Positions 7,953 through 16,748 are shown, counted from the stretch's first letter. The stretch: 54,707 nt of DNA from an uncultured Verrucomicrobiota bacterium (GCA_964584205.1 CAZOZF010000003.1:5476-60182); one strand, 5' to 3'. A program made the numbers and translations. The notes: generated by a model not told the origin, from the letters alone.

Positions 7953-8693
7953 TTAGCTTATTTTCCGAAGGGGTTCATCGCCCAGGGTCAGGGCCCGGAA
8001 CACGTCTTCCAGAGTGCCGCGTGAATCGCTGCGGGCCTTTAATTCTGCGGGAGTTCCATTGGCGACGATTCTGCCGTTGGCGATGATGATGGCTCGCGAG
8101 CAGATGGCCTCGACTTCTTCCAGGATATGGGTGGAGATGATAATGACCTTCCGGGGCGCCATTTCTCGAATCATGTCGCGCACCACATGCTTCTGGTTCG
8201 GATCAAGGCCATCGGTCGGTTCGTCCATGATCAGGATAGGCGGGTCATGAAGGATGGCCTGGGCAAAACAGGTGCGTTGCTTATAGCCCTTGGATAAAGT
8301 GCTGATGCTTTGGTTCCGGACTTTTTCCAGATGGGCCTTTTCAATGACGGCGTCCACGCAGCGCAGGCGTTCCGCGCCGGAGAAGCCCCGGATTTCCGCG
8401 ACAAACCGGAGGAAGTTCACCACGGTCATGTCGCTGTAGACCGGTGCGTTCTCCGGGAGATAGCCAATCTGATTTTTGGCGGCGATGGGCTCGGTGATCA
8501 CATCATATCCGTTGACCACGGCTGTGCCCGAGGTGGGGGGCAGGAATCCCGTGATCATGCGCATGGTGGTGGATTTTCCCGCCCCGTTGGGTCCCAGGAA
8601 GCCCAGGACTTCCCCTTGTTCCACCTTGAACGAAACTCCATTCACGGCGTGAATGGATCCGAACTGTTTGTGCAGTTCTTTTACTTCCAGCAT
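7953..8693 (-). CDS. ABC transporter ATP-binding protein (GldA-like)
   Basis: Track ORF 7953..8810. I prefer ATG 8693 (MLEVKELHKQFG), which follows GAAAGGAAA. It has Walker A GPNGAGKSTT, signature LSKGYKQR and Walker B ILIMDEPTDGLD. Confidence 0.93.
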   Translation of the reverse strand: MLEVKELHKQFGSIHAVNGVSFKVEQGEVLGFLGPNGAGKSTTMRMITGFLPPTSGTAVVNGYDVITEPIAAKNQIGYLPENAPVYSDMTVVNFLRFVAEIRGFSGAERLRCVDAVIEKAHLEKVRNQSISTLSKGYKQRTCFAQAILHDPPILIMDEPTDGLDPNQKHVVRDMIREMAPRKVIIISTHILEEVEAICSRAIIIANGRIVANGTPAELKARSDSRGTLEDVFRALTLGDEPLRKIS

Positions 8694-8730
8694 GGTGTTT
8701 TCCTTTCTGTCTATTCCTGTAAGGATGTCT

Positions 8731-9399
8731 TTATTGCACCGGTATTGATTTGGGTTTCGAAGCGACGGGTTCAGTTTTTGGGACGGTGATGTGGAGCACG
8801 TTATGATCATAAACCGCCTGGATATCCTCCTGGTTCCCGGTGGCTCCGGGCAGGCGGAGATGGCGTTCGAACCGGCGGGTTGCCGTCCGGGTGGCCTGGT
8901 TCACGTTCAGGCTGAGAACGGAGTCGTCCAGACTGATATGAATATCGGATTTATCCACGCCGGGCAGGTGAACCGTGATGACGTAGGAAGTTCCGGTGTC
9001 CCGGATGCTGAATCCCGGTGTGATTTCGAGGCGGGTCCAGCCTTCGTCGAAACCGGGGGACTGGCTGACGAGATCATTCATCGCGCCGGCGAACAGGGAG
9101 TCAATCTGGCGTTGCATCCGGCGCATGTGGGCGAAGGGATCCTCGAGTGAAGCCCCCGCGCTGTTGCCAGGGGCGGGGAAGGTCTGGTCGAATATCCTGC
9201 CGATCCGGGCGTGCAGGGATTCCATTTCATCGAGGGGGCTCCAGATGGGGGACACCGCTGGCTTCACAGGGGGCTGCGGCGTCCGGTTGAGATGACGCTG
9301 GAGGAGCAGCCCGAGTTGCAGGAGCACCACCAGGCAAAGCAGCACGAGGACGGCGGTCAGAAGCCGGGGTGCGCGTGGTGATGTCAGGGACTCGTTCAT
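8731..9399 (-). CDS. Membrane-anchored small heat shock protein (Hsp20/alpha-crystallin domain)
   Basis: Track ORF 8731..9474. I prefer ATG 9399 (MNESLTSPRAPRLLTAVLVLLCLVVLLQLGLLL) because the longer form would contain the promoter motif. The C-terminal ACD reads ITPGFSIRDTGTSYVITVHLPGVDKSDIHISLDDSVLSLNV...AVYDHNVLHITVPK. Confidence 0.8.
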   Translation of the reverse strand: MNESLTSPRAPRLLTAVLVLLCLVVLLQLGLLLQRHLNRTPQPPVKPAVSPIWSPLDEMESLHARIGRIFDQTFPAPGNSAGASLEDPFAHMRRMQRQIDSLFAGAMNDLVSQSPGFDEGWTRLEITPGFSIRDTGTSYVITVHLPGVDKSDIHISLDDSVLSLNVNQATRTATRRFERHLRLPGATGNQEDIQAVYDHNVLHITVPKTEPVASKPKSIPVQ

Positions 9400-9415
9400 A
9401 ACGGAAGGACTCTTT

Positions 9416-9431
9416 AGCAAAGGTTGTGCCA
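9416..9431 (-). promoter_or_regulatory. Sigma-54 (RpoN) type -24/-12 promoter element
   Basis: The minus strand reads TGGCACaacctTTGCT. GG and GC are separated by exactly 10 nt, and the motif matches the consensus TGGCACG-N4-TTGCW at all specified positions but one. It is correctly oriented, with its 3' end 16 nt upstream of the Hsp20 ATG. Caveat: this implies a very short leader. Confidence 0.55.
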
Positions 9432-9604
9432 AGTAGGACACAACACGGGAAAAGGCCGGATTCAGAGAGAACATGAGGGTCGGAAGGAGTGTGTATCGGC
9501 CATTTTGTCCGATCCGCTGGACAGAATGTCCTTCACTATCAGCTTGCTTCGATGAGGGAGGGGAAGTAAGAATCAGGCTTTACATAAGAAGGGGGACTCA
9601 TTCC

Positions 9605-11221
9605 ATGGATTTGAAACGCAAAGCGAAATACGGGGTCGCGTTCCTGATGATGGTGATGGGGCTTGGAGCGGGGCCCGCCCTCGCTCAGGTTGCCCGGTTT
9701 GATTCCTATCAACTGGGATCCATTCCCGAGAATGCCAACATCATGGTGGGTCCCTTCTACTCGGATCTGGCGATGTTTCAATCTGTGGGAATCCGGTATA
9801 TCAAGAGCAGCGGGGCGGGGATGGATTATTTATACGGGGGCGGATCCGGGTCAGGATCGGGCTCGACGGGTCTGGGGATGGTTCCGGTGAGTTCGTCTTC
9901 CCGTCAAAATCAGCAATACGGCCGGATTTTAAAGGACGGCCTGGATTACCCGCTGATCTCCCAGTTGACGGCCCGGAATTACCTGATCCTGAGCAAATCG
10001 GTCAGCATGGAAATATCCTTTGCCCTGACCTATCGCTGTTTTCCGATGGGATCCGAGGAAAACACGTTTGATGTGGCACCCGGGGTTTATGCCGAGATGG
10101 GGTCATTCACGATCGGTGCCTCAAAGGATGCCTGGATGGGGAATTTCAACGGGCGGGCAGCGCAGGCGGGTGCCTATGGAAACAATCAGCAGTCCGGATT
10201 TTCGGCCAATTTCTCCTCGGACTTCGAGTTGACGCCTTATGTCCGGGGGCGTGTCTATGACCAGCCATCCTATCGCACGGATTATGTGGACTCACGGGGG
10301 TATACGGAAAACTTGAGCGGGCAGAGCTACCCTGTTTTCCAGAATTTACTGGGCCTGGATTTTGACTGGCAACTGGCGCCGGACAAGAGCATGGGGTATA
10401 CCTTCAACCGGATTGACACGCTTCCGCAGGACAACGATTATGAAATCAGCCGGAGTGTGGTCTATCGCCAGATGATTGAATACCGGCAGCAAATCAACCC
10501 GCTGACGGCGGTGGGTGCCCGGGCGGATTATTACTGGCGCGACTACCTCGACAAGCGCGGCAGTGAGTTTCAGCAGGACTATGTGGGATTCATGAACTCG
10601 GATCTCACCGAAAATACCTCCGTTAATTTTTCACTGGGATACAGTATGGCCGACTTAAGCGGGGCAGGGCTTTATGAAACGAACGGGGTTTCCAATGAGG
10701 TGATCGGAGGCTTTGGGTTGCAGACCCGGTTATCCGACTCCATGAGCCATGGTCTTTCCTATGCGCGGTCCCAGCGGGCGGGATTTATGGCCGGGTTTGA
10801 ACTGGTGGATGCCATTCGCTACCAGATCCAGTGGGCGGATCCCGAATCCTGGGCGATTGGATTTTCTTCGTCATATGAAAATGTGACCCCGAAGCTGGCG
10901 GCCTCGAATCCGTATACGGATTGGATGAACCAGATTTCCGCGTCACGGCCGCTTGCCAAGGACCTCATGTTAACCATGACCTCGGCGTATGTCATTCGGA
11001 CGAACGGAAAATTTGTACCGGGGCAGATCGGGGAGGGAAATCTATTCCTGAGTAATGATTATGATACCTGGGCCACCACAGTGGGGTTGATTGAGTCCCT
11101 GACGAAACGCCTGAAGTTGTACACCTATGTCGAACATATGGAGCGGATCAGCAGTAATGCCGAGCTGGCCGGAACCCGGGATACGGTCGGAATGACCTTG
11201 GGATACTATTATGACTTCTGA
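9605..11221 (+). CDS. Secreted outer-membrane beta-barrel-like protein associated with the exosortase/EPS locus
   Basis: Track ORF 9473..11221. I prefer ATG 9605 (MDLKRKAKYGVAFLMMVMGLGAGPALAQ), a clear signal peptide. The sequence is rich in alternating aromatic/polar residues and ends ...TLGYYYDF, with a C-terminal Phe typical of OMPs. Its stop overlaps the exosortase start. Confidence 0.65.
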   Translation: MDLKRKAKYGVAFLMMVMGLGAGPALAQVARFDSYQLGSIPENANIMVGPFYSDLAMFQSVGIRYIKSSGAGMDYLYGGGSGSGSGSTGLGMVPVSSSSRQNQQYGRILKDGLDYPLISQLTARNYLILSKSVSMEISFALTYRCFPMGSEENTFDVAPGVYAEMGSFTIGASKDAWMGNFNGRAAQAGAYGNNQQSGFSANFSSDFELTPYVRGRVYDQPSYRTDYVDSRGYTENLSGQSYPVFQNLLGLDFDWQLAPDKSMGYTFNRIDTLPQDNDYEISRSVVYRQMIEYRQQINPLTAVGARADYYWRDYLDKRGSEFQQDYVGFMNSDLTENTSVNFSLGYSMADLSGAGLYETNGVSNEVIGGFGLQTRLSDSMSHGLSYARSQRAGFMAGFELVDAIRYQIQWADPESWAIGFSSSYENVTPKLAASNPYTDWMNQISASRPLAKDLMLTMTSAYVIRTNGKFVPGQIGEGNLFLSNDYDTWATTVGLIESLTKRLKLYTYVEHMERISSNAELAGTRDTVGMTLGYYYDF

Positions 11222-14200
11222 GCACCCGAAAACCATGTCAGCCCGGCATCGGGCTGTGTTTTTTTCAGCCGTGGTGCTGATGGGGGCCTGGGCGTGGGCC
11301 AATCTTCCCCGATTGGCGGACGGGCAGAACGGAGCTCTGTCTTTTTTCCTGGGAGCCCTGTTCGCGACCGTTCTGATTTTTAGAGCCAAGCCCGAAGGGG
11401 AAGGCCTCAAGTTGCCGGGCTGGGCACTCGGGGGCCTGGGGGCGGTGGGGATGGTGTTTTCCCTGGTTGGATTGATTATTCCCGTGCACCAGTTCGAGTG
11501 GTTGGGAATCCTGATGGTGCTTTATGCCGCGCTGGCCTGGGCGCTACCCCGTCGCTATGGAAAGGATCTGATTTTCGCCCTGTGCCTGGTGTATTGGATT
11601 CATCCTCTGCCCAGTCAACTTTTCGGGCCGCTCCAAATGGGAGTACAATGGCTTTCCGTGAAGCTAAGCGAGGGGTTGCTGCAGATCTTTAATGTGCGGG
11701 TCTGGGGGGATGGGTTTGTCCTCCGGACGGGGGCCCGGGTGTTCGGGGTTCCGGAAGCGTGCAGCGGGATGAAGACGGCGATCACGGTCATGTTTTGCGG
11801 GGTGGGTGTCGGCCTGCTGATGCGGCTCAAGTTCTGGCCGATGACCGGCCTGCTGGTGCTCGGCATGATTCAGGTGGTGGCGCTGAATGTCCTCCGGATT
11901 GCCGGGATTGTCTGGATCGGGATGGATAAACCCGCCGATTGGAATGAAAAAATCCTGCATGACACGATGGGTATTTTCCTGCTCCTGGCGGTGGCGCTTA
12001 TCCATCTGGATGCCATGCTCATCCGCCAATGGATTCTCACCCGGAAACGGATCCAGAATTTGCAGGAGGTCAATGACCTGGTGGGGGAGGATGACGAGAA
12101 GATTCTCAGGTGGCCCACTTTCTGGCGAGTTATCATTCAATGGTGGAAGCCTGTTGTGCTTATTGTGGTGACGACGGTTCTGGTGCTGGCCGCCGGATAT
12201 CGATTGCGGCCGCATCACCGGATGGAGATGATCCGTGGCGTGATGAAGGGATTGATCACGACCGGCGATTTTGAAAATGCCCAACGTGCGGCTCAGGCCG
12301 CCCTGGCCATAGAACCGGATGATGATGAACTGATGGTGGATCTGGCCCGGATCAAGATGGGGCAGGGAAAACCAGAGGAGGGACTGCGGCTCATCCGCCG
12401 CAAACCCAGTCAGGCGAGAAGCCTGACGGAACGGGTATTGGAGGCTCGTGCCTTGTTGGAGTTGAAGCGGATTCAGGAGGTCGCCGGGGTGGTCGCCGCG
12501 TTTCCTGCTGAGTCGCGAAATCTACCCGGCGTCGCCATGGTTCTGGCCGAGTTCAATGCGTATCTGGATAGACCGGCTGAAGTCGGGCCCTATGCCGTCA
12601 AGGCGGCGCGCGGGGTAGGAACGCAGGAGGCCATCCGGAATTTGTTTCCATACATGGCGTCCCGGGATCTCTGGGACTCCATTCGTCTGGCCGATTCAGA
12701 ATTGCCTTATGCAACCCCGCTTCAGGGAGTGATTGCGGCGGAGGCTTGGTTGAGAATCAATAATACTTCGGCCGCCGCCAATGTTTTACGACGGGCTCTG
12801 AAGGGGCGCGAGACCAATCCGATTTTTCTGAACTCCGTGATCCGTGTGACCCGGGAATGGTCGATACCCGAGTGGGTGGGGCGCTTTGAGGCGCTTTTCC
12901 TGTCCAATTTGAAGCAGTTGAGGCCCGTTGAATTAACCCTGGCGATGGACGGTGCCTTTGCCCTCGGGCGACCCGATCTCGGGTGGATTGCCTATCGGCG
13001 CCTGGAGACTCTGGCGCCGGATGATCCGATGTTGTTGATTGCCCCCGCCGAATACGGACGGAAATGGTTCCTGTTTCAGCATGATGTGATTGGAATGGCG
13101 GGATCCAGTCAGAATCTTGTGGATATCAAGCCGTTTCTCCAGTTTGCGGGCCTGACATCGCCCTGGAAGGAGTTGTGGAAGGATATTCCCCTGGCGGAGG
13201 AATTGGGAGGGGTGATCACCCGGGAGGGATACCAGCGACGACTGAAGTTGTGTCTGGATGCCCTGGAGAAGATGGAATCCGGGAAGAAGTTGGATTTAAG
13301 GCTGCAATTATTATGGGGCCGGGTTCTGGGTGAATTGGGGCGTTGGGATGAGGCGCATGCCAAGTTGAAGGAATTCGAAGCGAAGGCACCCCGGCAGCAT
13401 CGCGATTTTCTTTTGGCGCATTCCGAGTTGTACAAGGCCCAGTCAAACTGGGATGCTAACTTTGAAATCCTGAGTGAGTTTGTCCGGGTGGAGTCACATC
13501 CCCCGCTGGTCGTCTGGCTGGATCTGGCAAATGCGGCGATGGCGCTGGATTTGGGCGCTTATGCCATGGGCTGCATGGAAGAGGCCCGCCGGGATTACCC
13601 TGAATCCGAGGAATGGGCTCTGGCCATGTCGGGGATGTGGAGCTTTTTCGGATTCTGGGAGGAATCCCTGTTTGTGGTCAACCGGATGAAAAACCCTGCG
13701 CATGCGGTGATCCGGTCAAAACTATTGATGGAAACAGGGCGGGTGATGGAAGGCCAGAAATTGGTTCTGATTGAGAATCTCGGGGATATCCCGGTTCCCA
13801 AGAGGCAGACCGAACTTCTTCCGCCTGCCGAGGGGGTTTTGGACTGGCGGGGCGGGCGCATTCAGGAGGCGGATTATGAGCGGGAGCGAAAAGCGATCAA
13901 GCCGCATCAGGCGCCTTTTCTGAAGGCCCTTAACCGCGTCAAGACGGCGTGGTATGACAGCCGGGGAACGGGAACGACGTCTGATCCTTTAGTCTGGGAT
14001 TCCGTTGGCCGGGATGCCCGCGAAAAAGCGGTGGCGCTGAATGAACTCGGACTCCTTTTGCTCCGCCAGGGACGAACCAACGAAGCGGATCAGGTGATTT
14101 CAAAGGCGCTTGATGCGATGCCGGGGTGGAGCCTGTTGTGGCGTCTTAAACTCATCACAAGCTCTTCAGAAAGCAAACGGGCGGCTCTGGCCGGGGCGGC

Positions 14201-15251
14201 CGTGAAGGCGTGTCCGCTGGATAGTGAACTTTGGTTGGGATATGTGGTGTCCATGGGCCGCAGCGGAGCAGGGGCGGAGTGGGCATCCCGTGAGGTCGAG
14301 AAGGCGGTCGGGGAGAAAACCCATTCGCCGGGAGTTCTGGTGCGGGCGGGTGACTACTGGCTGAGACAGGGTTTTACGAATGCGGCTTGTGTGGCGGCCC
14401 GGGAGGCGATGAAGACGGGGCAGGGCCTGCTTCCGGCGACGGTGCTGGGCGTGATGGCGGCGGTCAAGGTCAAGGATTATCCGTGGGCCTTGGCCTGTGC
14501 GCGCGCGGGCACGGAACAGGCGTTGGAGCCCTGGCCCTTCTATAAGATTATTATCGGAATCAAGGGTCAGTCAGGACAGGCCGATCCGGATGTCATCCGG
14601 GCTTTGGAGGGACTCGCCTCCCACTATCCCCAGGAGGGAATCTGGGCGGCTCAACTGGGCGAAGTGTATTTCCGGAAAGGACAGACGGAGCGGGCGCTGG
14701 GGGTTCTGGAGGATGCTTTGGCGCGGGAAGAGGGAAAGAAGCAGGCCTTGCCCCGAACCTATCTTCTGGCCGCTGAGGCGGCACGGCGCGAGGGGAACCT
14801 GTCGCGTGCCGCCAAGATTTTGAAATCATGCCGGGCCAAGTATCCTGACGATGTGAATGTGTTGAACAACCTGATTTTCACCCTGGCCCAGGATCCCCTG
14901 TATGTCGGGGAAGCGGCGGCATTGCTGCCCGAATTGATAAAAGCCAAGCGGGATGATTTCGCCATTTATGACACGGCGGCTCTTGTTTTTATGAGAATGG
15001 GCGATCTTCAGCAGGCAGAAGTGTACATGAAGAAAGCGCTGACAATGGTGAAAAAGGGAGAATATGCGTGGCTTGAGGTGTATTTGAACGCGGCTGAGGC
15101 TCAGATCCGGCTCGGAAAATATAAGGATGCCCGTGAAAGTTTATCCCTGATTATGAAAAGTCCCGAACGATCCACCGCCATGGATGTCCGGGCGCGTGAA
15201 CTTCAGGATGAGATGACGCGACGTGAGCGGGAACAGACCGGATGGTTTTAA
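11211..15251 (+). CDS. Exosortase (EpsH/Xrt family) fused to a TPR-repeat region of about 1050 aa
   Basis: 1346 aa. The N-terminal 285 aa or so are polytopic and carry the exosortase catalytic-type motifs GVPEACSGMK (Cys), NVLRIAG (Arg) and ILHDTMGIFLL (His). The remainder is TPR-like (for example FENAQRAAQAALAIEPDDDELMVDLARIKMGQGKPEEG and GDLQQAEVYMKKALTMVKKGEY). An alternative start is ATG 11235. Confidence 0.85.
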   Translation: MTSEHPKTMSARHRAVFFSAVVLMGAWAWANLPRLADGQNGALSFFLGALFATVLIFRAKPEGEGLKLPGWALGGLGAVGMVFSLVGLIIPVHQFEWLGILMVLYAALAWALPRRYGKDLIFALCLVYWIHPLPSQLFGPLQMGVQWLSVKLSEGLLQIFNVRVWGDGFVLRTGARVFGVPEACSGMKTAITVMFCGVGVGLLMRLKFWPMTGLLVLGMIQVVALNVLRIAGIVWIGMDKPADWNEKILHDTMGIFLLLAVALIHLDAMLIRQWILTRKRIQNLQEVNDLVGEDDEKILRWPTFWRVIIQWWKPVVLIVVTTVLVLAAGYRLRPHHRMEMIRGVMKGLITTGDFENAQRAAQAALAIEPDDDELMVDLARIKMGQGKPEEGLRLIRRKPSQARSLTERVLEARALLELKRIQEVAGVVAAFPAESRNLPGVAMVLAEFNAYLDRPAEVGPYAVKAARGVGTQEAIRNLFPYMASRDLWDSIRLADSELPYATPLQGVIAAEAWLRINNTSAAANVLRRALKGRETNPIFLNSVIRVTREWSIPEWVGRFEALFLSNLKQLRPVELTLAMDGAFALGRPDLGWIAYRRLETLAPDDPMLLIAPAEYGRKWFLFQHDVIGMAGSSQNLVDIKPFLQFAGLTSPWKELWKDIPLAEELGGVITREGYQRRLKLCLDALEKMESGKKLDLRLQLLWGRVLGELGRWDEAHAKLKEFEAKAPRQHRDFLLAHSELYKAQSNWDANFEILSEFVRVESHPPLVVWLDLANAAMALDLGAYAMGCMEEARRDYPESEEWALAMSGMWSFFGFWEESLFVVNRMKNPAHAVIRSKLLMETGRVMEGQKLVLIENLGDIPVPKRQTELLPPAEGVLDWRGGRIQEADYERERKAIKPHQAPFLKALNRVKTAWYDSRGTGTTSDPLVWDSVGRDAREKAVALNELGLLLLRQGRTNEADQVISKALDAMPGWSLLWRLKLITSSSESKRAALAGAAVKACPLDSELWLGYVVSMGRSGAGAEWASREVEKAVGEKTHSPGVLVRAGDYWLRQGFTNAACVAAREAMKTGQGLLPATVLGVMAAVKVKDYPWALACARAGTEQALEPWPFYKIIIGIKGQSGQADPDVIRALEGLASHYPQEGIWAAQLGEVYFRKGQTERALGVLEDALAREEGKKQALPRTYLLAAEAARREGNLSRAAKILKSCRAKYPDDVNVLNNLIFTLAQDPLYVGEAAALLPELIKAKRDDFAIYDTAALVFMRMGDLQQAEVYMKKALTMVKKGEYAWLEVYLNAAEAQIRLGKYKDARESLSLIMKSPERSTAMDVRARELQDEMTRREREQTGWF

Positions 15252-15273
15252 GATTATTCGCAAATATTTCACG

Positions 15274-15303
15274 TTGACAGAAAAGGGTGATAAGTTTTAG
15301 ATT
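15274..15303 (+). promoter_or_regulatory. Possible sigma-70-type promoter upstream of the polysaccharide export genes
   Basis: TTGACA (15274-15279) is followed by an 18-nt spacer and TAGATT (15298-15303), in the 173-bp AT-richer gap before the Wza-like gene. This is a pattern match only. Confidence 0.3.
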
Positions 15304-15424
15304 CAGGACTCAGTTTTGAGTGGGGGAGTTTTTTGTAACGGAGGTCTAGAACGGGCTTGCGTATAGTACAGCCTGTTTTTCCATGAATGGCCTGATTATA
15401 AACAAGAGGGGGAGGTTTTGTTTT

Positions 15425-16684
15425 ATGCCATCCTTTCTGTGTCTCCTGACAGTCGGTTTATTGCTGACTTCAGGATGTGTAACTTCTTCCCCTGAAGATG
15501 ATTATGTGGCCGGCGTTCTGGCTGAAGCGATGCAGAATTCAGCCTCGGGGTCAGGGTTATCGGATCCTATTCGCGCGGCGCCTTCGCCTGTTTCCGTCGC
15601 CCAGCCGCCTCCGGTTTCGATAGCGCAACCTCCTTCTGTTTCCGTTGCTCCTGCGGTTTCGGTGTCAGCGGCACCCGTCAGCACGGTTTCGGTTTTGCCG
15701 CAGCCGGCTCCGGTTCCTCTTAATCCCGGTGTGCTGCCGGCTGTGTTGACGGCGGTCACGCCTGCTTCCGAGCCCGTTCCTGCGCCTACGCCTGCACCAG
15801 TGGGAGGGATTATCGTGAAGCAGCCTGCGCCCCAGCCGGCTATTCCCACCATACAGCCGGATTCAGTGTTGTGGATTTCGATCAGTGAGGATCCCAGCTT
15901 GAATGGAAAATATATGGTGAACGACGCCTCCGCCATTGATTTCGGATATGTCGGGCTGGTGTTTCTGCCGGATATGTCGATCGAGCAGGCCGAGGCCGAG
16001 GTGAAGCGGGTTCTGGAGGGGCGCTATTTGAAAAATGCGACCGTATCGGTCAAGTTGGCCAAGGCGTCGTATGATCGGGTTGGGGTTCAGGGATCTGTTG
16101 AAATGCCCGGCGACATCAAGATCGGGCCGGGTGCCACCATTTCGTTGAGTGATGCGCTTCGGCGGGCGGGAGGCATTCGTGGAAACCGGGAAAATTGCCG
16201 GGTGAAAATTGTCCGGGGCGGCTTGAAAACGCCTTTTGGACCTGCGGCGGAAGGCGAAGTCTCGTCTCTCGTAACCCAGGACGGTCAGTTGAAGGTTCCC
16301 GATGTGTTTCTGAGGAATGATGATCTGATTTATTTGTTTACACCGGCTTCCGATACGCCACAGGGGGTGCCGGGGAATGCCGGATCTGCGGGCGCGGGAG
16401 GGAAGCGTGTTGTGTTGCTGGGTGAGGTTCCTCGAAGGGGTGTCATTGAGTTTGCGGAAAACGAGCCCTGTACGCTGATGTATCTGCTGTTCAAGATCGG
16501 CGGGTTGCCCCGTTTCGCGAAGGCGGATCAGATCACCGTGGTTCGGCGAAACAAGGATGGAACGGAAAAGAGTTTTCTGGTTGACGGGGATAAGTTGATG
16601 AACAACGGCAAGCCGGAAGACGACATTGTTTTGGAAACTGGCGATCGTATTGTTGTGCCTGCCCGGAAGATTTCATTCTTCTGA
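15425..16684 (+). CDS. Polysaccharide export lipoprotein (Wza/EpsE-like, SLBB-type) with a Pro/Val/Ser-rich linker
   Basis: Track ORF 15383..16684. I prefer ATG 15425 (MPSFLCLLTVGLLLTSGC lipobox), which is preceded by AGAGGGGGAGG. The C-terminal part (...GDRIVVPARKISFF, DDLIYLF) resembles Poly_export/SLBB domains. Confidence 0.75.
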   Translation: MPSFLCLLTVGLLLTSGCVTSSPEDDYVAGVLAEAMQNSASGSGLSDPIRAAPSPVSVAQPPPVSIAQPPSVSVAPAVSVSAAPVSTVSVLPQPAPVPLNPGVLPAVLTAVTPASEPVPAPTPAPVGGIIVKQPAPQPAIPTIQPDSVLWISISEDPSLNGKYMVNDASAIDFGYVGLVFLPDMSIEQAEAEVKRVLEGRYLKNATVSVKLAKASYDRVGVQGSVEMPGDIKIGPGATISLSDALRRAGGIRGNRENCRVKIVRGGLKTPFGPAAEGEVSSLVTQDGQLKVPDVFLRNDDLIYLFTPASDTPQGVPGNAGSAGAGGKRVVLLGEVPRRGVIEFAENEPCTLMYLLFKIGGLPRFAKADQITVVRRNKDGTEKSFLVDGDKLMNNGKPEDDIVLETGDRIVVPARKISFF

Positions 16685-16748
16685 TTTTTTAATTCGCCAT
16701 CTCAGGGGCAAAACGGCTAGTGTTATCCCTCCGGAGAACATATTCCTT

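Noticed and set aside
9473-9604. Upstream extensions of several track ORFs, namely:
- 9473 for the OMP
- 8810 for the ABC ATPase
- 9474 for Hsp20
- 16626 for Wzc
- 40927 for mcsB
- 46206 for the KH protein
- 47141 for rplS
- 33616 for rluD
   Set aside because: In each case an internal ATG gives the expected N-terminus (a signal peptide or the conserved family start), usually with a purine-rich SD-like sequence. The extension overlaps the neighbouring gene or promoter region and encodes low-complexity sequence.
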